Assembly: GCF_036321535.1 (NCBI RefSeq)
Contig: NC_087437.1
Span: 52,578,001-52,642,000 of the forward strand
Reading direction: 5' to 3'
Length of the DNA stretch: 64,000 nt
DNA from: Camelus dromedarius
Lineage: Eukaryota
Position 1 is the stretch's first letter; each line of letters starts with the position of its first letter. The notes under the pieces are model-generated. The model did no database searches. It had not been told where the DNA came from and saw only the letters and a program-made list of their open reading frames with translations. Made by a program: the position numbers and the translations under genes. Below are positions 43,801-55,783 of the stretch, piece by piece.

Positions 43801-46800
43801 CTGTGATTGGATGCAATGACTCATAGGTGGTGTTTCTTCCCTGAGACAACAAGGACAATGGCATGCCTTGACATAATGAAGAAACAGTTTCACAATTAAC
43901 AAAAATTCAAGCCAGAAGCTGTGAGTCCTCAATGTCTGGGAATGAATGATAAACCAACAGCCATTCAGTTTCTCTGAAAAGAAGGAACTATACCCAGCAG
44001 TTATAAAAGACTTTGATCTTATTCATTATAGTCATGATGATTAAGGAGAATTAAATTCATCTCTAGTATAGCTCTACTAAATCCCAAGTAAGCAGAGAAA
44101 GGCAGGAGAGGGTCAGCCAAATCACATCCTCCTCTCTCACAGAGAAACTCCTTTCTCATGTGATGTAAACCAAAGAGCATTCACCATATCGCACAAGAGT
44201 AACATCTCACACACGCTGAGGGTTAGGGGCTGTGACTCATCCGAACTACCCAAACCCAGATGTTTTGACTGGAGGTTAAATATTGGACATTATATCTGAC
44301 TTTGGAGAATAAGATGATTTCTAAGATTAAACTAAAAGCTTTTCCAAATTCATTTAATGAATGTTCACCAAGCATCTGTTATTAGCCAAGCACTTTGTTT
44401 CAGGTTCTGGGGTACAGTAGTGAACAAAACAAAAATGTCCTCATGCTACTTACATTCTACGGAGTAAAAATCAAAACTCAAAAAACAAAAAACATGACAA
44501 TATTGATCTCAGCCACCCTAGAACTCTCTAATTAATTTTAATAAAACAGATACTTAACATGTTTAATGAAACATACACATTTCAATAAAGAATATACTTT
44601 AGAGTTGGTCCTTTGATCTAATCAAATCCTCAAGAAAAAAGGCTATTCCTGCCTTTCCCTAGTCATATTTTTAGATTTTCACTAGACATGAACCCAATAG
44701 CTTTTAACACCTGTTTCTGCACAGTATCCTTATAATGTAATTGCATATCAGGCAAGTCCCTGTTTCTAAGTGCTGTGGGCAAGTTAAAATTGGGGCAGGT
44801 GTTTCTGCAGATAACAGCAGGAAGAAACTCGTATTGCCACAAAGTGTCTGTCCCGTAGCACTTAGCCCGCTGAGATGTCCACTGCTACCTGAGGGGGATC
44901 TCCGGAAAAAAAAAAAAAAGATCACAGGAAAAAAAATTTTTTTAATCAAAATTGGAAGAGAAGTCAGAAATATAATTTCTCACACACCACCAATAAAAAA
45001 TATGTAAGCACTTCGCAGAATACAGAGAAAAACAAATCAGCGAACATATCTGATATCTCATAAAGTGCTAATATGAGAAGAAAGGAAAATCATTAGCTCT
45101 TAGAGGTAATTACATGATTTGAATACAATGACACTCACTTTTGAAAACCTTGAATAGCCAACTTTAAAAACAAATGGATGAACTGGGGAAAGATGGCATA
45201 TAAATTATTCTTATTTTTAAAAGGATTCATCATCTTAAAGAGGATTCATCTTAAGATCTCTTTACATCAATTCTGAAATAAGACAAATTAGTAGGGAGAT
45301 AAACTCCAAATACACAAATCTGATTTATAACCAATATTGGGAGACTAGAGTTTTGCATAGAGAAATTGTTCCAGTGGTGCCAAGAGGAATGCAAGATTCC
45401 TGAGCGGTAGCCTTCCTGAACTATGCACATCCTTTCCCTACCCCTGCAGATCCACAGCTCTAACCTGCTGTCGTGTCCACAGCAGTCACTCATGAGTGAT
45501 GAATGAGTGAATATACATGACAGGATTAACATCTCTGGTGCCTTGAACACAGAATTCCTTCCAGCTGCTGATTCACATTCTCTTCTGAGGTCCCTGTCTT
45601 ACAAAGACAGTAAACAGAACATCTGTCTCACTTGGTTCCTGACTTTTCATCACTCCCTCTCCAGCCAGCACTATTAGCTGGGCGGGCCCCAGCAGGACCC
45701 GTAACTTCAATGGGAAGTTACGTATGGGAGTCAACACCTGACGTGAATAGAGGTGAACAACCTACCTGGCTCAGCAGGTGGCCATGGGAGGTCCTGATAC
45801 CACAGCTTCAAATTCCTTTGCCTCTTTCTTCTCCCTTCCCTGGGAGCAGGTCAGGGTTGCCCCCTACATCCAGGACCCTGTTCCTTTCTTTGCCAGGAGC
45901 CTGGTCCTCAGCAGCATGAGTGAGGGAGGGAAGAGAGTTCAGTGGGTGCCCTCTCCTTAGCTGTTCACAGAGTCCCAGTCTCCTTAGCCTTGTGATAAGC
46001 TCCTGCCCTCTCCTCTCATTTGTCCCTCATCCAACCCCAGGGAATTATGAGAAAGTACTCCATTAACTGCAATGCACATGCAGACATCAGGATCATTTGG
46101 ACAGAAGCACAGAACCCTCAAACTCCTTTTTCCCGCTTTGGTCCTGATGTGCACAGGAGAGCTGGTGCCTGGTTTTCCTATGAAACCTGAATGAATCTGA
46201 CTTCACTTGATGATTCACAATCAGATAATCAATTAGAAGATAATCAATGTGGAGCCAGCATTGAACTAGGAGAGAAGCTACTGAAATGACACCGAATCAT
46301 CTGCGAATGCAGGCTAAAAAAGACCCAGTTCAGGATAATTTCAGAAGCTAAGAAGTTAAGTTGGCAAACTGATGGATTAAGCTTCTCTTTCGTTTAAGAG
46401 TGTATTAATTATTTTGCTCAAGTGAGTGTACTTTTGTTCCTTGGTGAGAAATACGAAATATGTAATTTTCAAGCACAGTCACTTGTGGAAATGCAAACAC
46501 TTACTTATTTACTTATGTCTTATAAGCAAAGCAAAAGGCTTTGATTTCTTAGAGAGCAATGACTGAAGAACAAACATAAATTTAAATATATTCCCTGTAT
46601 TTTCTAACTTAATAATTCTCCCCAACTCTAATAAAACGCTTGTAGTTACTGAAGGCCACCATTATTTCAGCAACACAGAAAAGCAGAGTGGGAGGTGTGC
46701 TGAGCCTGGAACCGGAGACCCTCGCTTGACTCCTGGCTCTGCATCAGGCAAGCTGTCGGACAGATGCTGGGCCAGTCATTTACCTCTTTGGTTAATGCCT

Positions 46801-48045
46801 CAGACATGAAGCAGCTGAGACAAGATGACAGGCAGTCAGACAAGCTTCTTTCCAAATCCAAGATTCACTTCATTTTGGCAGCAAAACAGAACTGTCATAA
46901 AAGAGAAGGTAAGGAGCACGAAGAAGAGGTGTCTCACGGACCTTAGGCTACAGAGACTGAATAAAAAAATCACCCCAACAAATCTTGCATTTTGCTTGGA
47001 TCACAGTTCTTAACAATGCAACAGATAACTCAGCTGACACAGTCCACAGTATTTTATAATTGGAAGGCTTACAATCCAAAAAAAAAATGGACTTGTGACA
47101 CTCCCTGTGTCACAACCCCCCCCCCCCGCCGCAGCCATAATTTATCCCATTTCTTCCTTTTTCTACCTTACTGCAGAAAGCCTGTGTTAACACTTTCACT
47201 ACTGCCAGGGTTACTCTTGTACAGTCCCTGGTGTCTGGACTTTGAAGGTGTAATGCTATTTCACGAAATTTACTATGAATTTGAGGGTCTGGCGCAGCTA
47301 AGTGGGAGCCTGTCCATTTCCTATAGGTGTATACAGGTCTTGGCGTGGGGCTGTGAATGAGGAGACTGTAACTGCCTCCAAGGAATTCCACTGCTGTCAT
47401 AAACCAGCAGATCAAAGCTTACGTTTCCACTGCACAGAGCAGAGCTCTGGCCCAGAATTCAGATGCTGGTTAATTAGTACTGTAGTGATACTCTGCTTGT
47501 TACTACAACTTTGATCTAGACAGCTCTGTAAAGCCTGCATTCATAGTTTTAAAGTAACACACTTTAGCAGCAAGCGAGAGAGACCTAAGACATGGCACAT
47601 TCATTGGAAAAGTAGCAGTGTTCAGCCTGATTTAATGCATACAGCACTAGATAATTGTCCAAGGCCCTTTCCAACTCCAGTGGTCTAGTTAACAGGTGAG
47701 TAAGAGAGACTTCAAAGGCAGGAGGACTGTTAAGGGGATGGGGTGTGGTGAAACATCAGGCTGAAAAGTGTTTATATTACACAGTGTTCTTCCTAATGAT
47801 TTTTATATAGTGATTCTGCAGATCTCAGCAAATCTGGACATGTATCTGTCACTCAACAGGTTTCTTTAAAACAAATATTTTTTAGAAATAAGTACTACAA
47901 CTATATATTCTTTGCACAAAGTTTAAAAGGTACCAAAGTAGAAAAAGCATAGAAAAATCTGCCCTCCACACCTATCATTCAGGCCTCCTGTCCTGATAGC
48001 GTTTTTTAAAAATCATTCCAGAGTATTCTATACAAAGACATATAT

Positions 48046-48412
48046 AAATCTGACACCTGGACAACATGGGGGTTAAGGGCACTGACCCCTCCATGCAGTT
48101 GAAAATCTGCCTATTAACTTCTGACTCCCCTAAACTTAACTACTGTAATAGCTTACTGTTGATCGTAAGCCTTACTGATGATATAAACAGTCGACACATA
48201 TTTTGTATATGCATATCTACATATATTTTACACATAAATAACACACCTAACTTAAAAAAAATTTTTTTTGTATTCTAGGCTACACAGTTCATCAGCGAGA
48301 TTTTTTCAAATTGTCCCAAATCTCAAAAACTTTTTCCAATATATTTACTGAAAAAAATTCACATATAAGTGGATCCACGCAGTTCAAACCCATGTTGTTC
48401 AAGGGTCAACTG
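48046..48412. mobile_element. Tigger2-family (Tc1/mariner) non-autonomous element
   Basis: ggacaacatgggggttaagggcactgacccc...gcagttgaaaatc and right end gttcaaacccatgttgttcaagggtcaactg. Confidence 0.75.
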
Positions 48413-48969
48413 TGTATTCTTTTTTCCTCCCTCAAATACAAATGTTACTGCCTTGTATATGCTTCTCACTTGGAGATTGTTTCATATCCATACACATAGA
48501 GCTGTATTATTCTTTTTGACATCTATATATTTAATTTTATGAATATAGTATAATTAGTTTAACTAGTCTCCTATTGATGGACATACAATGTTCCTAATCT
48601 TCTGCTAGTTCCAAAAAACCAAAAATGTTGTAATGAATAACTCATCTAATTTTGCACATGTGAGCATATCCTGGAAGATAAGCTGTTAGAACTGGAATCA
48701 CTGAGTCAAAGGGCTGTGCATTTGTAATGCCAACATACAAACGCAGGGTTGTTTCACCACAAATCTGAAAACACAGTTATCCAATTTTTGATTTCTGCCT
48801 ATTCACAGATGAAAAATACTAAAAATACTATCTGATTTGCATTTTAATTATGAATGAGGTTGATCATTTTTCATACGTCAAAGAGTCTACCCACCTCACC
48901 CACCCTGGGAAACTCCACAGAATTCTTCTCTACTCTTCTTTGGTATTCTGGCAGGTGACTCCTGGTTTA

Positions 48970-49430
48970 ACTTCATTCACTTCAATGATTCGACAAACCC
49001 TTACTGAGCAGCTACTATGCTGGACACTAGGGAGACAGGTGAAAAGCCTGTCCCCTACCATGAGGAGCTCACGGTCTGGCAGGAAGGCAGCCAGCGCACC
49101 TTGCACACCGTGCGGCTATGAGACAGGCCTGCACCACACTGGAGGAGACATTCAACAGGGCACCCAGGGAAGGCGATTCCCCAGTTGAGTCCTGGGCAGT
49201 AGGAGGCAGAGTGAGCCAGGGGAGCAAAGGCAAGGTGGAGGGTGCAGAGGGGTCTAGAGGGCCTTTCAAGTCAAGGGAATGAGGTGCACAAAGGCAAGGC
49301 AGCCCAGGCACATGGTTTGACGGGAGCAGAGAATGCTTCCAGGATGGTCAAGAGAGCAGGCTGGAGAGGCTGGCAGGAACCACAGCGGCACGAAAGGCCT
49401 CTTATTTCCTGAGTTGACCATGAAGGTGAT
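48970..49430 (-). mobile_element. L2 remnant
   Basis: cttactgagcagctactatgctggacactaggga...tccctaccatgaggagctcacggtctgg. Confidence 0.55.
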
Positions 49431-49925
49431 AAACCTTTCGCCAAGACCCAGAAACTGGGAGACAATGTAAACAAAGCCAACAGCATTAAGTTCCTTTTCA
49501 GAAGCAGTTGTCCTCTTGACTCCCTTCCTCAGAGAAGACAGATTTATGGCTCTGAAAATTTGGGTGCAAGTACAATCCTACCCTCTCCTGTAGCTGCCTG
49601 CATCCCACCACTGGGCAACCTACTGGTAATTCCTCACTTGCCTCAGACATGGGGCTGCCAGGTACACTTAACCAACAAATTAAGTATCTCTTCTGCTGAA
49701 AAGAAAAGCATCTTGCCAACCACCATTATAATACTCTTCTGTTCCCAGCAGGCATTTACCACACCTCTTGAGAATGTAATAGATCTAGTAAAAAACATTA
49801 GGAGTGTTTTAGGTTGGTGGAAGTTACGATTAAGTAACATGGTTGATTTTCTTTAAATGAATATCCTAAAATTTTTATTATTTTAATCTACATGAATAAT
49901 GCTTCCATCAAAGTAAATGCCCTTA

Positions 49926-50028
49926 TTTTTGGGGGGGTAATTAGATTTATTTATTTTATTTTTTATTGGAGGTCCTGGACCTTGTGCATGCTAAGCATAC
50001 ACTCCACCACTGAGCTACACCCTCCCCT
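49926..50028 (-). mobile_element. tRNA-derived SINE (Vic-1-like) with the B-box segment deleted
   Basis: Perfect 16-bp TSD aaagtaaatgccctta at 49910-49925 and 50029-50044; lacks ggggattgaac present in the other copies. Confidence 0.85.
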
Positions 50029-50209
50029 AAAGTAAATGCCCTTAGAAGACTATTTACTTATTCTAATGATGACTCCTCTGCCCAACACATTTTTCGAATT
50101 CTTTTATTAATATTTTCTGCAGTGTCTATCCAGTGAACATTAACTTAACTGATTTGCCTTTGGTCTATAGTACAATCTCACAGAGGTGCTGTGTGGAAAA
50201 AGAATATCC

Positions 50210-51043
50210 TTCTTTTTCTTCCTTTCCTTCTTTTTTTTTACTTTTAAAAAAATTGAGTTATACTCATTTTACTTTTTTTAACATTTTTTATTGAGTAATA
50301 ATCATTTTACAATGTGTCAAATTCCAGTGTAGAGCACAATTTTTCAGTTATATATGAACATACATATATTCATTGTCACATTTTTTTTCACTGTGAGCTA
50401 CCACAAGATCTTGTATATATTTCCCTGTGCTATGCAATATAATCTTGCTTATCTATACTACATTTTGAAATCTCAGTCTGTCCCTTTCCATCCCTGCCCC
50501 CTTGGCAACCACAAGTTTGTATTCTATGTCTATGAGTCTGTTTCTGTTCTGTATTTACATTTTTTTTTTTTTTAGATTCCACATATAAGCAATCTTATAT
50601 GGTATTTTTCTTTCTCTTTCTGGCTTACTTCACTTAGAATGACATTCTCCAAGAACATCCATGTTGCTGCAAATGGCATTATGTTGTCATTTTTATGGCT
50701 GAATAGTATTCCACTGTAGAAATATACCACATCTTCTTTATCCAGTCATCTGTTGATGGACATTTAGGCTCTTTCCATGTCTTGGCTATTGTAAATAGTG
50801 CTGCTGTGAACATTGGGGTACAGGTGTCTTTTTGAAGTAGGGTTCCTTCTGGATATATGCCCAGGAGCAGGATTCCTGGGTCATATGGTAAGTCTATTCC
50901 TAGTCTTTTGAGGAATCTCCATACTGTTTTCCACAATGGCTGCACCAAACTGCATCCCCACCAGCAGTGTAGGAGGGTTCCCTTTCCTCCACAGCCTCTT
51001 CAGCATTTGTCATTTGTGGACTTCTGAATGATGGCCATTCTGA
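50210..51043 (-). mobile_element. Relatively young 5'-truncated L1 (ORF2 C-terminus plus 3'UTR), sense to IGF2BP2
   Basis: ORF 50679-50948 ([15 protein letters not shown]...CTPMFTAALFTIAKTWKEPKCPSTDDWIKKMWY) is the L1 ORF2p C-terminus; 3'UTR matches the 32 kb copy. Confidence 0.9.
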
Positions 51044-53963
51044 TTTTATTATGATTTTTCCTAGTTCCATGAAATATGTCCTGGGTAATATGATAGGGAT
51101 TGCATTCCTTCCCCTCTTTCCATACTCAACAGAAAACAAAACTCAGAGGCCTGTCCTCTGCCTCTTCTAGTGGCAAAGAGCACACCTCCCTGGGGAGTAG
51201 GCTGCCTTAGTTTGTAGGCCTCCTTGAATGCCAGGGTTGCTGGGTTGGCCACCAAACCCATGTCCCAACCTAACCTCATAAAGGATTCACTTTTCTTCCG
51301 GGGGTGTGGGGTGTGGGTGGTGGTGGAGAGGAGCAGCGCCAGGGAGAATAACACCATCAAGCTCCCTGGTCTGGTCAAGGAGAGGGTACTTACTCAGAGT
51401 CATGCTGGGCATGGAGAAAGCAGCCCCATCAGTGCTGGCTGATCAATCAGAATGGGGACAAGGGGATATTCTTCATTTACAGGCAGTATCTGGTTAACAC
51501 CAGGTGCCAGGATCAAAATTTCACCTTAGCTGAGGGGTGGCTGCCCAGGCTGGCAGGATCAGTGCTCCCACAGTCCTGAGCTAGGGTCTTCTTTGTTGCA
51601 TTTACCACAACCTGCTGTTTACATCTCTGCTGCTCAGCCAGACTCTGCCCCACCACTGTGATTTGTTCATCCCATCATCCAGCACTTTTCTGTTTGAGGG
51701 ATGATTATACACAAGTGAACAGACAGCAGGCACAGTTGCCCATTCAGCCCATGTAATCCGGCCTCCCCATTCAACTCCCTTTGGTCAGGCCAGGTCTTCT
51801 CAATGTAAAAGGGCTGCTCTGTCTCTGACCAGGATCCTTGCAGCCCTTTGATGGCCACGCAGCCCTAACAGGGAGCTCATTCCCCAAGTGCTTGAGACCC
51901 CATCTATTGGGAGAACGTGACTAGGCATCAGGACTGCTGCGTGCAGGGCAACCACCCAGGTATGTGACTGTAGCAGGTTATTTTGTTTCTCTGGGGCCAG
52001 GTGGCCTCATTCTACAATCCTCCTTAGTGTGTCTTAAGAGTTCTCAGTCCTGCCTGCTCTCTTCTCCCAAGGACAGTAGACATGCCTCTTTCTCACAAAG
52101 AAACGTGTACAAGAACTAAGTTGTCCAGGCAAAAAAAAAAAAAAAAAAAACAACAACAACAAAAAAAAACAAAAAAAACCCAAACCTTTGAAGGGAGAAT
52201 TTCTGTGCTGTGAGGGGTTTATTCTGAGAATAGGACCAAGAGAAGTCTTAGAAATCTTCATTCAATGACACAGATAGATAGACAGACTTTAATCTGTGAG
52301 CCAAGAAAAACAATTTGTAAAGGCCAGAAGAAAAGAACCCCATGGTTAAGAACTTGTAAAAACATCTGTAACAAACAAGAGTTCTAAGGAAAAGACTATG
52401 AATCAGCAGGCTCACTGGAGGTGGAGAGTGAGCTTTGAAATGGCAGAGAGTTAACTGACTAAGGGGCAATGGTGCAGAATGCAACTGCGGGAGGTGACAC
52501 CCAGGAATCCAAGCAGTACCTGGAGTCAACAGAGGACAAGCAGACACAGTTTCATCCCAGGCCTGCACCCATGCAGATAGCCTAGCCTACCATCAAGTAT
52601 TTTCTGGATGGGAAGTAGGCTGGCACCACCAAGATTTATCTGTTTATAAAAGCCAAAGCCTCCAGTCTTGGGAGGTAGAGAAGTAGAGAAGTAAGTGAGA
52701 AGGAACGGGAATGACGCTTTCCACCCACTTCACGGACAGTTTTGAACAAACTGCAAATGCAAAGGGGGATGTAGACAGAAGCCCACCACCACAGTCTCTG
52801 CCTTCCCCAGGAACTCAGTCCAGGAGGTGAGGAAGATAGGTCAACAAAACCCATCACCCACGCTGCTGCCAGTGATAGAACTGCAGCAGACTTTGCCATT
52901 ACAAAGCATTTCTACACAGGCCAGCTCATTTATTCTCACTCTGGTCAGCGGGCCAGAAGAGAGCTTAAGTAACTTGCCCAAGTCTCTCAGCTGTGATGCA
53001 ATAGAGCAATTACAGAAATTTCACAGATACTATCGCAAGAACTGTGAGAGAGATTTTGAATTCACAGGGGTCCCAAGGACAACGGTGTCCATGAGAAGGA
53101 CAGGCACTGTGTTGGGTGCTTTAGGGACACCAACTCCAGTGCCTGTAAGAGCCCCACACTGGCACTCAGTGGGGCCCAGACAATACCTGACTTCTACTTG
53201 CTACGTGAATGAAGGTGGGGTAAGTATTAACTGTTTCCACTTTGCAGTTGGGGAATCTAAGGTGAAGCCAGGAACGTGAACACACATCTGTCTGACCTGT
53301 CCTTTCATTCTGGCAGTTTTTAGGCAGCACATGAGACACAGAGTTCCATGTAATGACTGCAGGAGGTGAGCAAATACAGCAATAAAAACAACCCATCACC
53401 TTCCATTTATTTTCTAAAATTTCTTTTTACAACAAGGAAGCACTCTCAGTCTGGGGCTGGCAGTCTTTAGCACCTCTCCAATTCTAATCCTTCTCTTTCT
53501 CAAGAAAAAAAAAGAGGGGTTAGGCTAAGAAACTCTCAATAAGCAACAGCTAGAATTTAATAACACACTGTTCTCAGTATGTTCTATTTTTATGGTTACT
53601 TTCTATTTATTGCAAATGGAACTGGTTTTCCACTTATGCAAATAATATAAAGTTTCTTTTTAAAGTGAATGTGAAAGCAGTACATAGATAACTGAAATTT
53701 GGGAAATGTTGCTCTATGACCTGCTGGCTCTCAGAACACAAGTGCTTCTACCTCATTCTGAATCAGCACTTCTTTGTGGCTCGAATAAGTGGGACAAGTA
53801 TGTTCTCTGGAACCCTCAACTCTGAGACTGCTGGATTCCCAGCTGGGCATGTCCCAGCTATGATCTCTTGCACGAGCCACACGAACGTACATCATGTATT
53901 CAGGCTGGCAGACAGTTATACGAATAGGTGTCAGGAGTGATATTAGCAGGTGTTTGACTAGGG

Positions 53964-54183
53964 TAGGGGTCAGCAAACCACGGCTGGTGGGCTATATCCA
54001 GCCCAAAGTCTGTTTTTGTAAGTAAAGTTTCATTGAAACGCCCATTTATTTAAATACTGTCCACAGCTGCTCTCCCACTACGATGGCAGAGCTGAGCAGT
54101 TGTGACAGACTATACAGGCCACAAAGCCTAATATGTTGACTATCCTGCTCTTTGCAAAAACAAACAAAAAAAGCCGACCCTTG
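53964..54183. mobile_element. MER58A-like MITE, opposite orientation to the 13 kb copy
   Basis: aggggtcagcaaac...gtttttgtaagtaaagtt...ggcagagctgagcagttgtgacaga...gccgaccct. Confidence 0.75.
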
Positions 54184-55756
54184 GACTAGGGAGGTCAGAT
54201 ATTAGATTCAAGAAGAGCAGGTGTGAGTGTAGTTCAAGGGCCAGAGCAATAACTCTGCCAGAAGTTAAGTCAGAAACTCCCTCCTGGAAGCGGCAGATGG
54301 GTAGGAAGAAATTTGGGGGAAAACTGTATCGGGAGGAAAGGAAGAGCAAAGCCATGATCAAACCTCAAGAAGCAGAGATGAACAAGGGGCAGATTAACAC
54401 CAGAGATAAGGGTCTTGTGTCTTCTGGGGTTAAGAACCACCCCTTCAGTGGACTATTCTGGGCCTCCCAGTCCTTCCCAAGTTGCTGCCGCCTGCAGCTT
54501 AAAGGAGCCACATCCTTGGGAAGCCAGACCCCAGTCATGCCTTGTATTCAGTGTGGACCATGACAGGATTGTGATGGTCAGAGAAGAGCTTGGGTGGGGA
54601 GAGGAACAAGTAGACTGTGTGTGGGCAAGGGCAAAGGGGGTACATCTACTGGGGAGACAGATGAATACTAAGTTGGGACAACTGCAGAGATTGTATTTAG
54701 ATGGGCAAGCAGTTTGTACGAACATAGCAGGCTGTGAGTGACCACTGCAGGCATTCGAGCAGGGCAGTCACTCACAACTCCTGTTATTTGTGAGGCAAAG
54801 TTGATGGGGCACAACAAAGTCCTACAAAACCGCAGGATACTACCTGCCATTGACTAACGATAGTATAAAAGACAAACTGGATTGGGTTTGCTAGAATAAA
54901 GGTGGTAATTAAATGGCCATCACTGGTGGTATGAAAATCTGCTGCAGCCACTGGCTCAGCAACACCCACAGCAGCCCTTCTCTCGTGGGCTTCACCTTAT
55001 TTGCATGAACTACTCCGTGGGTTAAACAGGAATAAGGCAGTGATGGTCCTGAAGGGACCAGGAGTGTGGACCGGGGAGTGAAGGCTAGAGTACAAAGAAG
55101 TGAGCTTTGATAGAGACAAACTCAAATGAGAGAAGCAAGCTGTACCGGATCCCAGGGCTACTGAGTCACACTTAAACAAGGAGGGGGAGGCAACGTGTAG
55201 TTTTAGCCAATTTTTGAAGTAAATACTCTCACCATCACTAATTTAAGGCTACTAACACGATGTCACCCAACAAAAGTTGGAAAGAGATGCACACAGTTGG
55301 CTCCTCCTGCAAACCACTGGAAAACCAGCATGTTGCTCCCAAAAGCTCTTACCTGGATGATGTGAAAGGATGCTGACAGGTCACTGGGATGTTGTGCTGC
55401 TGAAGCTACTCCTCCCACCCAGTCATCCAGGGACTGACACCTTACAGTTGACATTTTCAGGTTTTGGAAGAACCTCAGTTTCAAATTTCAGAATAGCTTC
55501 ATTTTGCAGATAAGGAAACTGAGGCTCAGAGCTTTACAACTGCTCTCTTGGGCTACATGGCAGGTCTGGGGTTATGCTTTGTATGACCGGAAACAAATTC
55601 TGAAACCAAACAGGAAGTAACTGTAGACTGAGAAGGTAGTCCACAGGCAGTCAAGCCACATCAAGGTGAAGCTGATACAGGGCCGACAAATTACTCTGAG
55701 GGTAGTCTGGTCAAAGATACAAGAAGAAGAAAGGTCACCAGGAACACCTCGAAGCT

Positions 55757-55783
55757 CTGTGTGTGTGTGTGTGTGTGTGTGTG
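55757..55783. repeat. (TG)n microsatellite
   Basis: Direct reading. Confidence 0.9.

Noticed and set aside
45221..45256. Short direct repeat ggattcat(cat)cttaa, and similar small duplications such as 42453-42488
   Set aside because: Two-copy slippage products with no array structure; not CRISPR-like.
50679..50948. 89-aa ORF as a host gene
   Set aside because: L1 ORF2p C-terminal fragment in a 5'-truncated element.
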